A stretch of 64,000 bases of DNA from Auanema rhodensis (lineage: Eukaryota; Animalia; Nematoda), in assembly GCA_964057225.1 (NCBI GenBank), contig OZ059899.1:9114001-9178000 (forward strand), given 5' to 3'. A program made the position numbers and the translations under genes. Of this stretch, positions 50,089-62,542 are shown one piece after another (the first letter of the stretch is position 1; each line of letters opens with the position of its first letter). The notes under the pieces are model-generated. The model ran no database searches and was not told where the DNA came from. It saw only the letters and a list, made by a program, of their open reading frames with translations.

Positions 50089-51445
50089 TAAATTTTTTTC
50101 ATTTCACTTGTCATTCATAAAAATCGAATTTAACTTTTTTAATGAATATTTTCGCAATGTGTCATAAGAATTACACAGTTGAACAAAACGTTTTTTAAGA
50201 ATTTTCTTTGTTGTCAACATATATATTTTCCTGGAATTCGAAAGCATTTGGGATGGAATTTAGAAAGAAAAGAACTAGTTTTTCCTACTTTAAAACAAAC
50301 AATAAGAAATAAAATGAAAAAGATTGTTAGATATCCAATTTAAACATATACATTAACTTCGATAAAGAGCGTATTAGATTGAAATTTTATGTCTTACAGT
50401 ACTCCAACAGAACAGACTGATCTTGATTTCTCTACAATTACATAAAACTCCCGTTTGATATAAAAAAAGGAGAGGAATAACGTTTCCAGGATGTCAAGGA
50501 TATCGAATCTAGTGATATTGTAGAGAAATGTAATGTCAGCTCCATAGGTTTTCTCCTAATTTCTCTCATCACAATTGTCTTAGTTTTTTTTCTCATAAGA
50601 GTTTCTGAAATCTTAGGTGAACAAGGCCGTATATAATTTCCTGGAATTCGAAAGCATTTGGGATGGAATTTAGAAAGAAAAGAACTAGTTTTTCCTACTT
50701 TAAAACAAACAATAAGAAATAAAATGAAAAAGATTGCTAGATATCCAATTTAAACTTATACATTTACTTCGATAAAGAGCCTATTAGTTTGAAATTTTAT
50801 GTCTTACAGTTCTCCAACAGAACAGACTGATCCTGATTTTTCTACGATTACATAAAATTCTCGTTTGATATAAAAAAAGGAGAGGAATAACGTTTCCAGG
50901 ATGTCAAGGATATCGAATCTAGTGATATTGTAGAGAAATGTAATGTCAGCTCCATAGGTTTTCTCCTAATTTCTCTCATCACAATTGTCTTAGTTTTTTT
51001 TCTCATAAGAGTTTCTGAAATCTTAGGTGAACAAGGCCGTATATAATTTCCTGGAATTCGAAAGCATTTGGGATGGAATTTAGAAAGAAAAGAACTAGTT
51101 TTTCCTACTTTAAAACAAACAATAAGAAATAAAATGAAAAAGATTGCTAGATATCCAATTTAAACTTATACATTTACTTCGATAAAGAGCCTATTAGTTT
51201 GAAATTTTTTGTCTTACAGTTCTCCAACAGAACAGACTGATCCTGATTTTTCTACGATTACATAAAATTCTCGTTTGATATAAAAAAAGGAGAGGAATAA
51301 CGTTTCCAAGATGTCGAGGATATCGAATCTAGTGATATTGTAAAAAAATGTAATGTCAGCTCCATAGGTTTTCTCCTAATTTCTCTCATCACAGTTGTCT
51401 TAGTTTTTTTTTCTCATAAGAGTTTCTGAAATCTTAGTTGAACAA

Positions 51446-51518
51446 GGCCGCGTGGCGCAATGGATAACGCGTCTGCCTACGGAGCAGAAGATTGTAGGTT
51501 CGAATCCTGCCGTGGTCG
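51446..51518 (+). tRNA. tRNA-Arg(ACG), T63
   Basis: Array copy. Confidence 0.96.
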
Positions 51519-52465
51519 TAAATTTTTTTCATTTCACTTGTCATTCATAAAAATCGAATTTAACTTTTTTAATGAATATTTTCGCAATGTGTCATAAGAA
51601 TTACACAGTTGAACAAAACGTTTTTTAAGAATTTTCTTTGTTGTCAACATATATATTTTCCTGGAATTCGAAAGCATTTGGGATGGAATTTAGAAAGAAA
51701 AGAACTAGTTTTTCCTACTTTAAAACAAACAATAAGAAATAAAATGAAAAAGATTGTTAGATATCCAATTTAAACATATACATTAACTTCGATAAAGAGC
51801 GTATTAGATTGAAATTTTATGTCTTACAGTACTCCAACAGAACAGACTGATCTTGATTTCTCTATGATTACATAAAATTCTCGTTTGATATAAAAAAAGA
51901 AGAGGAATAACGTTTCCAGGATGTCAAGGATATCGAATCTAGTGATATTGTAGAGAAATGTAATGTCAGCTCCATAGGTTTTCTCCTAATTTCTCTCATC
52001 ACAATTGTCTTAGTTTTTTTTCTCATAAGAGTTTCTGAAATCTTAGGTGAACAAGGCCGTATATAATTTCCTGGAATTCGAAAGCATTTGGGATGGAATT
52101 TAGAAAGAAAAGAACTAGTTTTTCCTACTTTAAAACAAACAATAAGAAATAAAATGAAAAAGATTGCTAGATATCCAATTTAAACTTATACATTTACTTC
52201 GATAAAGAGCCTATTAGTTTGAAATTTTTTGTCTTACAGTTCTCCAACAGAACAGACTGATCCTGATTTTTCTACGATTACATAAAATTCTCGTTTGATA
52301 TAAAAAAAGGAGAGGAATAACGTTTCCAAGATGTCGAGGATATCGAATCTAGTGATATTGTAAAAAAATGTAATGTCAGCTCCATAGGTTTTCTCCTAAT
52401 TTCTCTCATCACAGTTGTCTTAGTTTTTTTTTCTCATAAGAGTTTCTGAAATCTTAGTTGAACAA

Positions 52466-52538
52466 GGCCGCGTGGCGCAATGGATAACGCGTCTGCCTAC
52501 GGAGCAGAAGATTGTAGGTTCGAATCCTGCCGTGGTCG
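52466..52538 (+). tRNA. tRNA-Arg(ACG), T63
   Basis: Array copy. Confidence 0.96.
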
Positions 52539-53074
52539 TAAATTTTTTTCATTTCACTTGTCATTCATAAAAATCGAATTTAACTTTTTTAATGAATATT
52601 TTCGCAATGTGTCGTAAGAATTACACAGTTGAACAAAACGTTTTTTAAGAATTTTCTTTGTTGTCAACATATATATTTTCCTGGAATTCGAAAGCATTTG
52701 GGATGGAATTTAGAAAGAAAAGAACTAGTTTTTCCTACTTTAAAACAAACAATAAGAAATAAAATGAAAAAGATTGTTAGATATCCAATTTAAACATATA
52801 CATTAACTTCGATAAAGAGCGTATTAGATTGAAATTTTATGTCTTACAGTACTCCAACAGAACAGACTGATCTTGATTTCTCTATGATTACATAAAATTC
52901 TCGTTTGATATAAAAAAAGAAGAGGAATAACGTTTCCAGGATGTCAAGGATATCGAATCTAGTGATATTGTAGAAAAATGTAATGTCAGCTCCATAGGTT
53001 TTCTCCTAATTTCTCTCATCACAATTGTCTTAGTTTTTTTTCTCATAAGAGTTTCTGAAATCTTAGGTGAACAA

Positions 53075-53147
53075 GGCCGCGTGGCGCAATGGATAACGCG
53101 TCTGCCTACGGAGCAGAAGATTGTAGGTTCGAATCCAGCCGTGGTCG
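53075..53147 (+). tRNA. tRNA-Arg(ACG), A63 variant
   Basis: Array copy. Confidence 0.92.
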
Positions 53148-54094
53148 TAAATTTTTTTCATTTCACTTGTCATTTACAAAAATCGAATTTATCTTCTTCA
53201 ACGATTATTTTTGCAATGTGTCATAAGAATTTCACAGTTGAACAAAACGTTTTTTAAGAAGTTTTTTTGTTGTCAACATATATATTTTGCTGGAATTCGA
53301 AAGCATTTGGGATGGAAATTAGAAAGAAAAGAACTAGTTTTTCCTACTTTAAAACAAACAATACGAAATAAAATGAAAAAGATTGTTAGATATCCAATTT
53401 AAACATATACATTAACTTCGATAAAGAGCGTATTAGATTGAAATTTTATGTCTTACAGTACTCCAACAGAACAGACTGATCTTGATTTCTCTACAATTAC
53501 ATAAAACTCCCGTTTGATATAAAAAAAGGAGAGGAATAACGTTTCCAGGATGTCAAGGATATCGAATCTAGTGATATTGTAGAGAAATGTAATGTCAGCT
53601 CCATAGGTTTTCTCCTAATTTCTCTCATCACAATTGTCTTAGTTTTTTTTCTCATAAGAGTTTCTGAAATCTTAGGTGAACAAGGCCGTATATAATTTCC
53701 TGGAATTCGAAAGCATTTGGGATGGAATTTAGAAAGAAAAGAACTAGTTTTTCCTACTTTAAAACAAACAATAAGAAATAAAATGAAAAAGATTGCTAGA
53801 TATCCAATTTAAACTTATACATTTACTTCGATAAAGAGCCTATTAGTTTGAAATTTTATGTCTTACAGTTCTCCAACAGAACAGACTGATCCTGATTTTT
53901 CTACGATTACATAAAATTCTCGTTTGATATAAAAAAAGGAGAGGAATAACGTTTCCAAGATGTCGAGGATATCGAATCTAGTGATATTGTAAAAAAATGT
54001 AATGTCAGCTCCATAGGTTTTCTCCTAATTTCTCTCATCACAGTTGTCTTAGTTTTTTTTTCTCATAAGAGTTTCTGAAATCTTAGTTGAACAA

Positions 54095-54167
54095 GGCCGC
54101 GTGGCGCAATGGATAACGCGTCTGCCTACGGAGCAGAAGATTGTAGGTTCGAATCCTGCCGTGGTCG
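54095..54167 (+). tRNA. tRNA-Arg(ACG), T63
   Basis: Array copy. Confidence 0.96.
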
Positions 54168-55113
54168 TAAATTTTTTTCATTTCACTTGTCATTCATAAA
54201 AATCGAATTTAACTTTTTTAATGAATATTTTCGCAATGTGTCATAAGAATTACACAGTTGAACAAAACGTTTTTTAAGAATTTTCTTTGTTGTCAACATA
54301 TATATTTTCCTGGAATTCGAAAGCATTTGGGATGGAATTTAGAAAGAAAAGAACTAGTTTTTCCTACTTTAAAACAAACAATAAGAAATAAAATGAAAAA
54401 GATTGTTAGATATCCAATTTAAACATATACATTAACTTCGATAAAGAGCGTATTAGATTGAAATTTTATGTCTTACAGTACTCCAACAGAACAGACTGAT
54501 CTTGATTTCTCTACAATTACATAAAACTCCCGTTTGATATAAAAAAAGGAGAGGACTAACGTTTCCAGGATGTCAAGGATATCGAATCTAGTGATATTGT
54601 AGAGAAATGTAATGTCAGCTCCATAGGTTTTCTCCTAATTTCTCTCATCACAATTGTCTTAGTTTTTTTTCTCATAAGAGTTTCTGAAATCTTAGGTGAA
54701 CAAGGCCGTATATAATTTCCTGGAATTCGAAAGCATTTGGGATGGAATTTAGAAAGAAAAGAACTAGTTTTTCCTACTTTAAAACAAACAATAAGAAATA
54801 AAATGAAAAAGATTGTTAGATATCCAATTTAAACATATACATTAACTTCGATAAAGAGCGTATTAGATTGAAATTTTATGTCTTACAGTTCTCCAACAGA
54901 ACAGACTGATCCTGATTTCTCTATGATTACATAAAATTCTCGTTTGATATAAAAAAAGGAGAGGAATAACGTTTCCAGGATGTCAAGGATATCGAATCTA
55001 GTGATATTGTAGAAAAATGTAATGTCAGCTCCATAGGTTTTCTCCTAATTTCTCTCATCACAATTGTCTTAGTTTTTTTTCTCATAAGAGTTTCTGAAAT
55101 CTTAGGTGAACAA

Positions 55114-55186
55114 GGCCGCGTGGCGCAAAGGATAACGCGTCTGCCTACGGAGCAGAAGATTGTAGGTTCGAATCCAGCCGTGGTCG
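55114..55186 (+). tRNA. tRNA-Arg(ACG), A63 plus T16A
   Basis: GGCGCAAAGGAT D-loop variant. Confidence 0.85.
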
Positions 55187-55722
55187 TAAATTTTTTTCAT
55201 TTCACTTGTCATTCATAAAAATCGAATTTATTTTTTTCAATGATTTTTTTTTGCAATGTGTCATAAGAATTACACAGTTGAACAAAACGTTTTTCAAGAA
55301 TTTTCTTTGTTGTCAACATATATATTTTCCTGGAATTCGAAAGCATTTGGGATGGAAATTAGAAAGAAAAGAACTAGTTTTTCCTACTTTAAAACAAACA
55401 ATAAGAAATAAAATGAAAAAGATTGTTAGATATCCAATTTAAACTTATACATTTACTTCGATAAAGAGCCTATTAGATTGAAATTTTATGTCTTACAGTT
55501 CTCCAACAGAACAGACTGATCCTGATTTCTCTATGATTACATAAAACTCCCGTTTGATATAAAAAAAGGAGAGGAATAACGTTTCCAGGATGTCAAGGAT
55601 ATCGAATCTAGTGATATTGTAGAGAAATGTAATGTCAGCTTCATAGCTTTTCTCTTGATTTCTCTCATCACAATTGTCTTAGTTTTTTTCTCATAAGAGT
55701 TTCTGAAATCTCAGTTAAACAA

Positions 55723-55795
55723 GGCCGCGTGGCGCAATGGATAACGCGTCTGCCTACGGATCAGACGATTGTAGGTTCGAATCCAGCCGTGGTCG
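55723..55795 (+). tRNA. tRNA-Arg(ACG), A63 plus G39T and A44C (degenerate)
   Basis: TACGGATCAGACGATT; C31-G39 pair broken. Confidence 0.7.
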
Positions 55796-58380
55796 TAAAT
55801 TTTTTTCATTTCACTTGTCATTTACAAAAATCGAATTTATCTTCTTCAACGATTATTTTTGCAATGTGTCATAAGAATTTCACAGTTGAACAAAACGTTT
55901 TTTAAGAAGTTTTTCTGTTGTCAACATATATATTTTGCTGGAATTCGAAAGCATTTGGGATGGAAATTAGAAAGAAAAGAACTAGTTTTTCCTACTTTAA
56001 AACAAACAATAAGAAATAAAATGAAAAAGATTGTTAGATATCCAATTTAAACTTATACATTAACTTCGATAAAGAGCCTATTAGATTGAAATTTTAAATC
56101 TTACAGTTCTCCAACACAACAGACTGATCCTGATTTTTCTACGATTACATAAAACTCTCGTTTGATATAAAAAAAGGAGAGGAATAACGTTGCCAGGATG
56201 TCAAGGATATCGAATCTAGTGATATTGTAGAGAAATGTAATGTCAGCTCCATAGGTTTTCTCCTAATTTCTCTCATCACAATTGTCTTAGTTTTTTTTCT
56301 CATAAGAGTTTCTGAAATCTTAGGTGAACAAGGCCGTATATAATTTCCTGGAATTCGAAAGCATTTGGGATGGAATTTAGAAAGAAAAGAACTAGTTTTT
56401 CCTACTTTAAAACAAACAATAAGAAATAAAATGAAAAAGATTGTTAGATATCCAATTTAAACATATACATTAACTTCGATAAAGAGCGTATTAGATTGAA
56501 ATTTTATGTCTTACAGTACTCCAACAGAACAGACTGATCTTGATTTCTCTACAATTACATAAAACTCCCGTTTGATATAAAAAAAGGAGAGGAATAATGT
56601 TTTCAGGATGTCAAGGATATCGAATCTAGTGATATTGTAGAGAAATGTAATGTCAGCTCCATAGGTTTTCTCCTAATTTCTCTCATCACAATTGTCTTAG
56701 TTTTTTTCTCATAAGAGTTTCTGAAATCTTAGGTGAACAAGGCCGTATGTAATTTCCTGGAATTCGAAAGCATTTGGGATGGAATTTAGAAAGAAAAGAA
56801 CTAGTTTTTCCTACTTTAAAACAAACAATAAGAAATAAAATGAAAAAGATTGTCAGTTATCCAATTTAAACTTATACATTTACTTCGATAAAGAGCCTAT
56901 TAGTTTGAAATTTCATGTCTTACAGTTCTCCAACAGAACAGACTGATCCTGATTTTTCTACGATTACATAAAATTCTCGTTTGATATAAAAAAAGGAGAG
57001 GAATAACGTTTCCAGGATGTCAAGGATATCGAATCTAGTGATATTGTAGAGAAATGTAATGTCAGCTCTATAGGTTTTCTCCTAATTTCTCTCATCACAA
57101 TTGTCTTAGTTTTTTTTCTCATAAGAGTTTCTGAAATCTTAGGTGAACAAGGCCGTATAAAATTTCCTGGAATTCGAAAGCATTTGGGATGGAATTTAGA
57201 AAGAAAAGAACTAGTTTTTCCTACTTTAAAACAAACAATAAGAAATAAAATGAAAAAGATTGTTAGATATCCAATTTAAAATTATACATTTACTTCGATA
57301 AAGAGCCTATTAGTTTGAAATTTTATGTCTTACAGTTCTCCAACAGAACAGACTGATCCTGATTTTTCTACGATTACATAAAATTCTCGTTTGATATAAA
57401 AAAAGGAGAGGAATAACGATTCCAGGATGTCAAGAATATCGAATCTAGTGATATTGTAGAAAAATGTAATGTCAGCTCCATAGGTTTTCTCCTAATTTCT
57501 CTCATCACAATTGTCTTAGTTTTTTTTCTCATAAGAGTTTCTGAAATCTTAGGTGAACAAGGCCGTATAAAATTTCCTGGAATTCGAAAGCATTTGGGAT
57601 GGAAATTAGAAAGAAAAGAACTAGTTTTTCCTACTTTAAAACAAACAATACGAAATAAAATGAAAAAGATTGTTAGATATCCAATTTAAACATATACATT
57701 AACTTCGATAAAGAGCCTATTAGATTGAAATTTTATGTCTTACAGTTCTCCAACAGAACAGACTGATCCTGATTTTTCTACGATTACATAAAACTCTCGT
57801 TTGATATAAAAAAGGAGAGGAATAACGTTTCCAGGATGTCAAGGATATCGAATCTAGTGATATTATAGAAAAATGTAATGTCAGCTTCATAGGTTTTCTC
57901 CTAATTTCTCTCATCACAATTGTCTTAGTTTTTTTTCTCATAAGAGTTTCTGAAATCTTAGGTGAACAAGGCCGTATATAATTTCCTGGAATTCGAAAGC
58001 ATTTGGGATGGAATTTAGAAAGAAAGGAACTAGTTTTTCCTACTTTAAAACAAACAATAAGAAATAAAATGAAAAAGATGGTTAGATATCCAATTTAAAC
58101 TTATACATTTACTTCGATAAAGAGCCTATTAGTTTGAAATTTTATGTCTTACAGTTCTCCAACAGAACAGACTGATCCTGATTTTTCTACGATTACATAA
58201 AACTCTCGTTTGATATAAAAAAAGGAGAGGAATAACGTTTTCAGGTTTTCAAGGATATCGAATCTAGTGATATTGTAGAAAAATGTAATGTCAGCTCCAT
58301 AGGTTTTCTCCTAATTTCTCTCATCACAATTGTCTTAGTTTTTTTTTCTCATAAGAGTTTCTGAAATCTTAGTTAAACAA

Positions 58381-58453
58381 GGCCGCGTGGCGCAATGGAT
58401 AACGCGTCTGCCTACGGAGCAGAAGATTGTAGGTTCGAATCCTGCCGTGGTCG
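58381..58453 (+). tRNA. tRNA-Arg(ACG), T63
   Basis: Array copy. Confidence 0.96.
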
Positions 58454-61039
58454 TAAATTTTTTTCATTTAACTTGTCATTCATAAAAATCGAATTTATTT
58501 TTTTCAATGATTTTTTTTTGCAATGTGTCATAAGAATTACACAGTTGAACAAAACGTTTTTTAAGAATTTTCTTTGTTGTCAACATATATATTTTCCTGG
58601 AATTCGAAAGCATTTGGGATGGAAATTAGAAAGAAAAGAACTAGTTTTTCCTACTTTAAAACAAACAATAAGAAATAAAATGAAAAAGATTGTTAGATAT
58701 CCAATTTAAACTTATACATTTACTTCGATAAAGAGCCTATTAGATTGAAATTTTATGTCTTACAGTTCTCCAACAGAACAGACTGATCCTGATTTCTCTA
58801 TGATTACATAAAACTCCCGTTTGATATAAAAAAAGGAGAGGAATAACGTTTCCAGGATGTCAAGGATATCGAATCTAGTGATATTGTAGAAAAATGTAAT
58901 GTCAGCTCCATAGGTTTTCTCCTAATTTCTCTCATCACAATTGTCTTAGTTTTTTTTCTCATAAGAGTTTCTGAAATCTTAGGTGAACAAGGCCGTATAA
59001 AATTTCCTGGAATTCGAAAGCATTTGGGATGGAAATTAGAAAGAAAAGAACTAGTTTTTCCTACTTTAAAACAAACAATAAGAAATAAAATGAAAAAGAT
59101 TGTTAGATATCCAATTTAAACATATACATTAACTTCGATAAAGAGCGTATTAGATTGAAATTTTATGTCTTACAGTACTCCAACAGAACAGACTGATCTT
59201 GATTTCTCTACAATTACATAAAACTCCCGTTTGATATAAAAAAAGGAGAGGAATAATGTTTTCAGGATGTCAAGGATATCGAATCTAGTGATATTGTAGA
59301 GAAATGTAATGTCAGCTCCATAGGTTTTCTCCTAATTTCTCTCATCACAATTGTCTTAGTTTTTTTCTCATAAGAGTTTCTGAAATCTTAGGTGAACAAG
59401 GCCGTATGTAATTTCCTGGAATTCGAAAGCATTTGGGATGGAATTTAGAAAGAAAAGAACTAGTTTTTCCTACTTTAAAACAAACAATAAGAAATAAAAT
59501 GAAAAAGATTGTCAGTTATCCAATTTAAACTTATACATTTACTTCGATAAAGAGCCTATTAGTTTGAAATTTCATGTCTTACAGTTCTCCAACAGAACAG
59601 ACTGATCCTGATTTTTCTACGATTACATAAAATTCTCGTTTGATATAAAAAAAGGAGAGGAATAACGTTTCCAGGATGTCAAGGATATCGAATCTAGTGA
59701 TATTGTAGAGAAATGTAATGTCAGCTCTATAGGTTTTCTCCTAATTTCTCTCATCACAATTGTCTTAGTTTTTTTTCTCATAAGAGTTTCTGAAATCTTA
59801 GGTGAACAAGGCCGTATAAAATTTCCTGGAATTCGAAAGCATTTGGGATGGAATTTAGAAAGAAAAGAACTAGTTTTTCCTACTTTAAAACAAACAATAA
59901 GAAATAAAATGAAAAAGATTGTTAGATATCCAATTTAAAATTATACATTTACTTCGATAAAGAGCCTATTAGTTTGAAATTTTATGTCTTACAGTTCTCC
60001 AACAGAACAGACTGATCCTGATTTTTCTACGATTACATAAAATTCTCGTTTGATATAAAAAAAGGAGAGGAATAACGATTCCAGGATGTCAAGAATATCG
60101 AATCTAGTGATATTGTAGAAAAATGTAATGTCAGCTCCATAGGTTTTCTCCTAATTTCTCTCATCACAATTGTCTTAGTTTTTTTTCTCATAAGAGTTTC
60201 TGAAATCTTAGGTGAACAAGGCCGTATAAAATTTCCTGGAATTCGAAAGCATTTGGGATGGAAATTAGAAAGAAAAGAACTAGTTTTTCCTACTTTAAAA
60301 CAAACAATACGAAATAAAATGAAAAAGATTGTTAGATATCCAATTTAAACATATACATTAACTTCGATAAAGAGCCTATTAGATTGAAATTTTATGTCTT
60401 ACAGTTCTCCAACAGAACAGACTGATCCTGATTTTTCTACGATTACATAAAACTCTCGTTTGATATAAAAAAGGAGAGGAATAACGTTTCCAGGATGTCA
60501 AGGATATCGAATCTAGTGATATTATAGAAAAATGTAATGTCAGCTTCATAGGTTTTCTCCTAATTTCTCTCATCACAATTGTCTTAGTTTTTTTTCTCAT
60601 AAGAGTTTCTGAAATCTTAGGTGAACAAGGCCGTATATAATTTCCTGGAATTCGAAAGCATTTGGGATGGAATTTAGAAAGAAAGGAACTAGTTTTTCCT
60701 ACTTTAAAACAAACAATAAGAAATAAAATGAAAAAGATGGTTAGATATCCAATTTAAACTTATACATTTACTTCGATAAAGAGCCTATTAGTTTGAAATT
60801 TTATGTCTTACAGTTCTCCAACAGAACAGACTGATCCTGATTTTTCTACGATTACATAAAACTCTCGTTTGATATAAAAAAAGGAGAGGAATAACGTTTT
60901 CAGGTTGTCAAGGATATCGAATCTAGTGATATTGTAGAAAAATGTAATGTCAGCTCCATAGGTTTTCTCCTAATTTCTCTCATCACAATTGTCTTAGTTT
61001 TTTTTTCTCATAAGAGTTTCTGAAATCTTAGTTAAACAA

Positions 61040-61112
61040 GGCCGCGTGGCGCAATGGATAACGCGTCTGCCTACGGAGCAGAAGATTGTAGGTTCGAATC
61101 CTGCCGTGGTCG
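61040..61112 (+). tRNA. tRNA-Arg(ACG), T63
   Basis: Array copy. Confidence 0.96.
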
Positions 61113-62469
61113 TAAATTTTTTTCATTTAACTTGTCATTCATAAAAATCGAATTTATTTTTTTCAATGATTTTTTTTTGCAATGTGTCATAAGAATTACA
61201 CAGTTGAACAAAACGTTTTTTAAGAATTTTCTTTGTTGTCAACATATATATTTTCCTGGAATTCGAAAGCATTTGGGATGGAAATTAGAAAGAAAAGAAC
61301 TAGTTTTTCCTACTTTAAAACAAACAATAAGAAATAAAATGAAAAAGATTGTTAGATATCCAATTTAAACTTATACATTTACTTCGATAAAGAGCCTATT
61401 AGATTGAAATTTTATGTCTTACAGTTCTCCAACAGAACAGACTGATCCTGATTTCTCTATGATTACATAAAACTCCCGTTTGATATAAAAAAAGGAGAGG
61501 AATAACGTTTCCAGGATGTCAAGGATATCGAATCTAGTGATATTGTAGAAAAATGTAATGTCAGCTCCATAGGTTTTCTCCTAATTTCTCTCATCACAAT
61601 TGTCTTAGTTTTTTTTCTCATAAGAGTTTCTGAAATCTTAGGTGAACAAGGCCGTATAAAATTTCCTGGAATTCGAAAGCATTTGGGATGGAAATTAGAA
61701 AGAAAAGAACTAGTTTTTCCTACTTTAAAACAAACAATACGAAATAAAATGAAAAAGATTGTTAGATATCCAATTTAAACATATACATTAACTTCGATAA
61801 AGAGCCTATTAGATTGAAATTTTATGTCTTACAGTTCTCCAACAGAACAGACTGATCCTGATTTTTCTACGATTACATAAAACTCTCGTTTGATATAAAA
61901 AAGGAGAGGAATAACGTTTCCAGGATGTCAAGGATATCGAATCTAGTGATATTATAGAAAAATGTAATGTCAGCTCCATAGGTTTTCTCCTAATTTCTCT
62001 CATCACAATTGTCTTAGTTTTTTTTCTCATAAGAGTTTCTGAAATCTTAGGTGAACAAGGCCGTATATATTTTCCTGGAATTCGAAAGCATTTGGGATGG
62101 AATTTAGAAAGAAAGGAACTAGTTTTTCCTACTTTAAAACAAACAATAAGAAATAAAATGAAAAAGATTGTTAGATATCCAATTTAAACTTATACATTTA
62201 CTTCGATAAAGAGCCTATTAGATTGAAATTTTATGTCTTACAGTTCTCCAACAGAACAGACTGATCCTGATTTCTCTATGATTACATAAAACTCTCGTTT
62301 GATATAAAAAAAGGAGAGGAATAACGTTTTCAGGTTGTCAAGGATATCGAATCTAGTGATATTGTAGAAAAATGTAATGTCAGCTCCATAGGTTTTCTCC
62401 TAATTTCTCTCATCACAATTGTCTTAGTTTTTTTTTCTCATAAGAGTTTCTGAAATCTTAGTTAAACAA

Positions 62470-62542
62470 GGCCGCGTGGCGCAATGGATAACGCGTCTGC
62501 CTACGGAGCAGAAGATTGTAGGTTCGAATCCTGCCGTGGTCG
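62470..62542 (+). tRNA. tRNA-Arg(ACG), T63
   Basis: Array copy. Confidence 0.96.
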
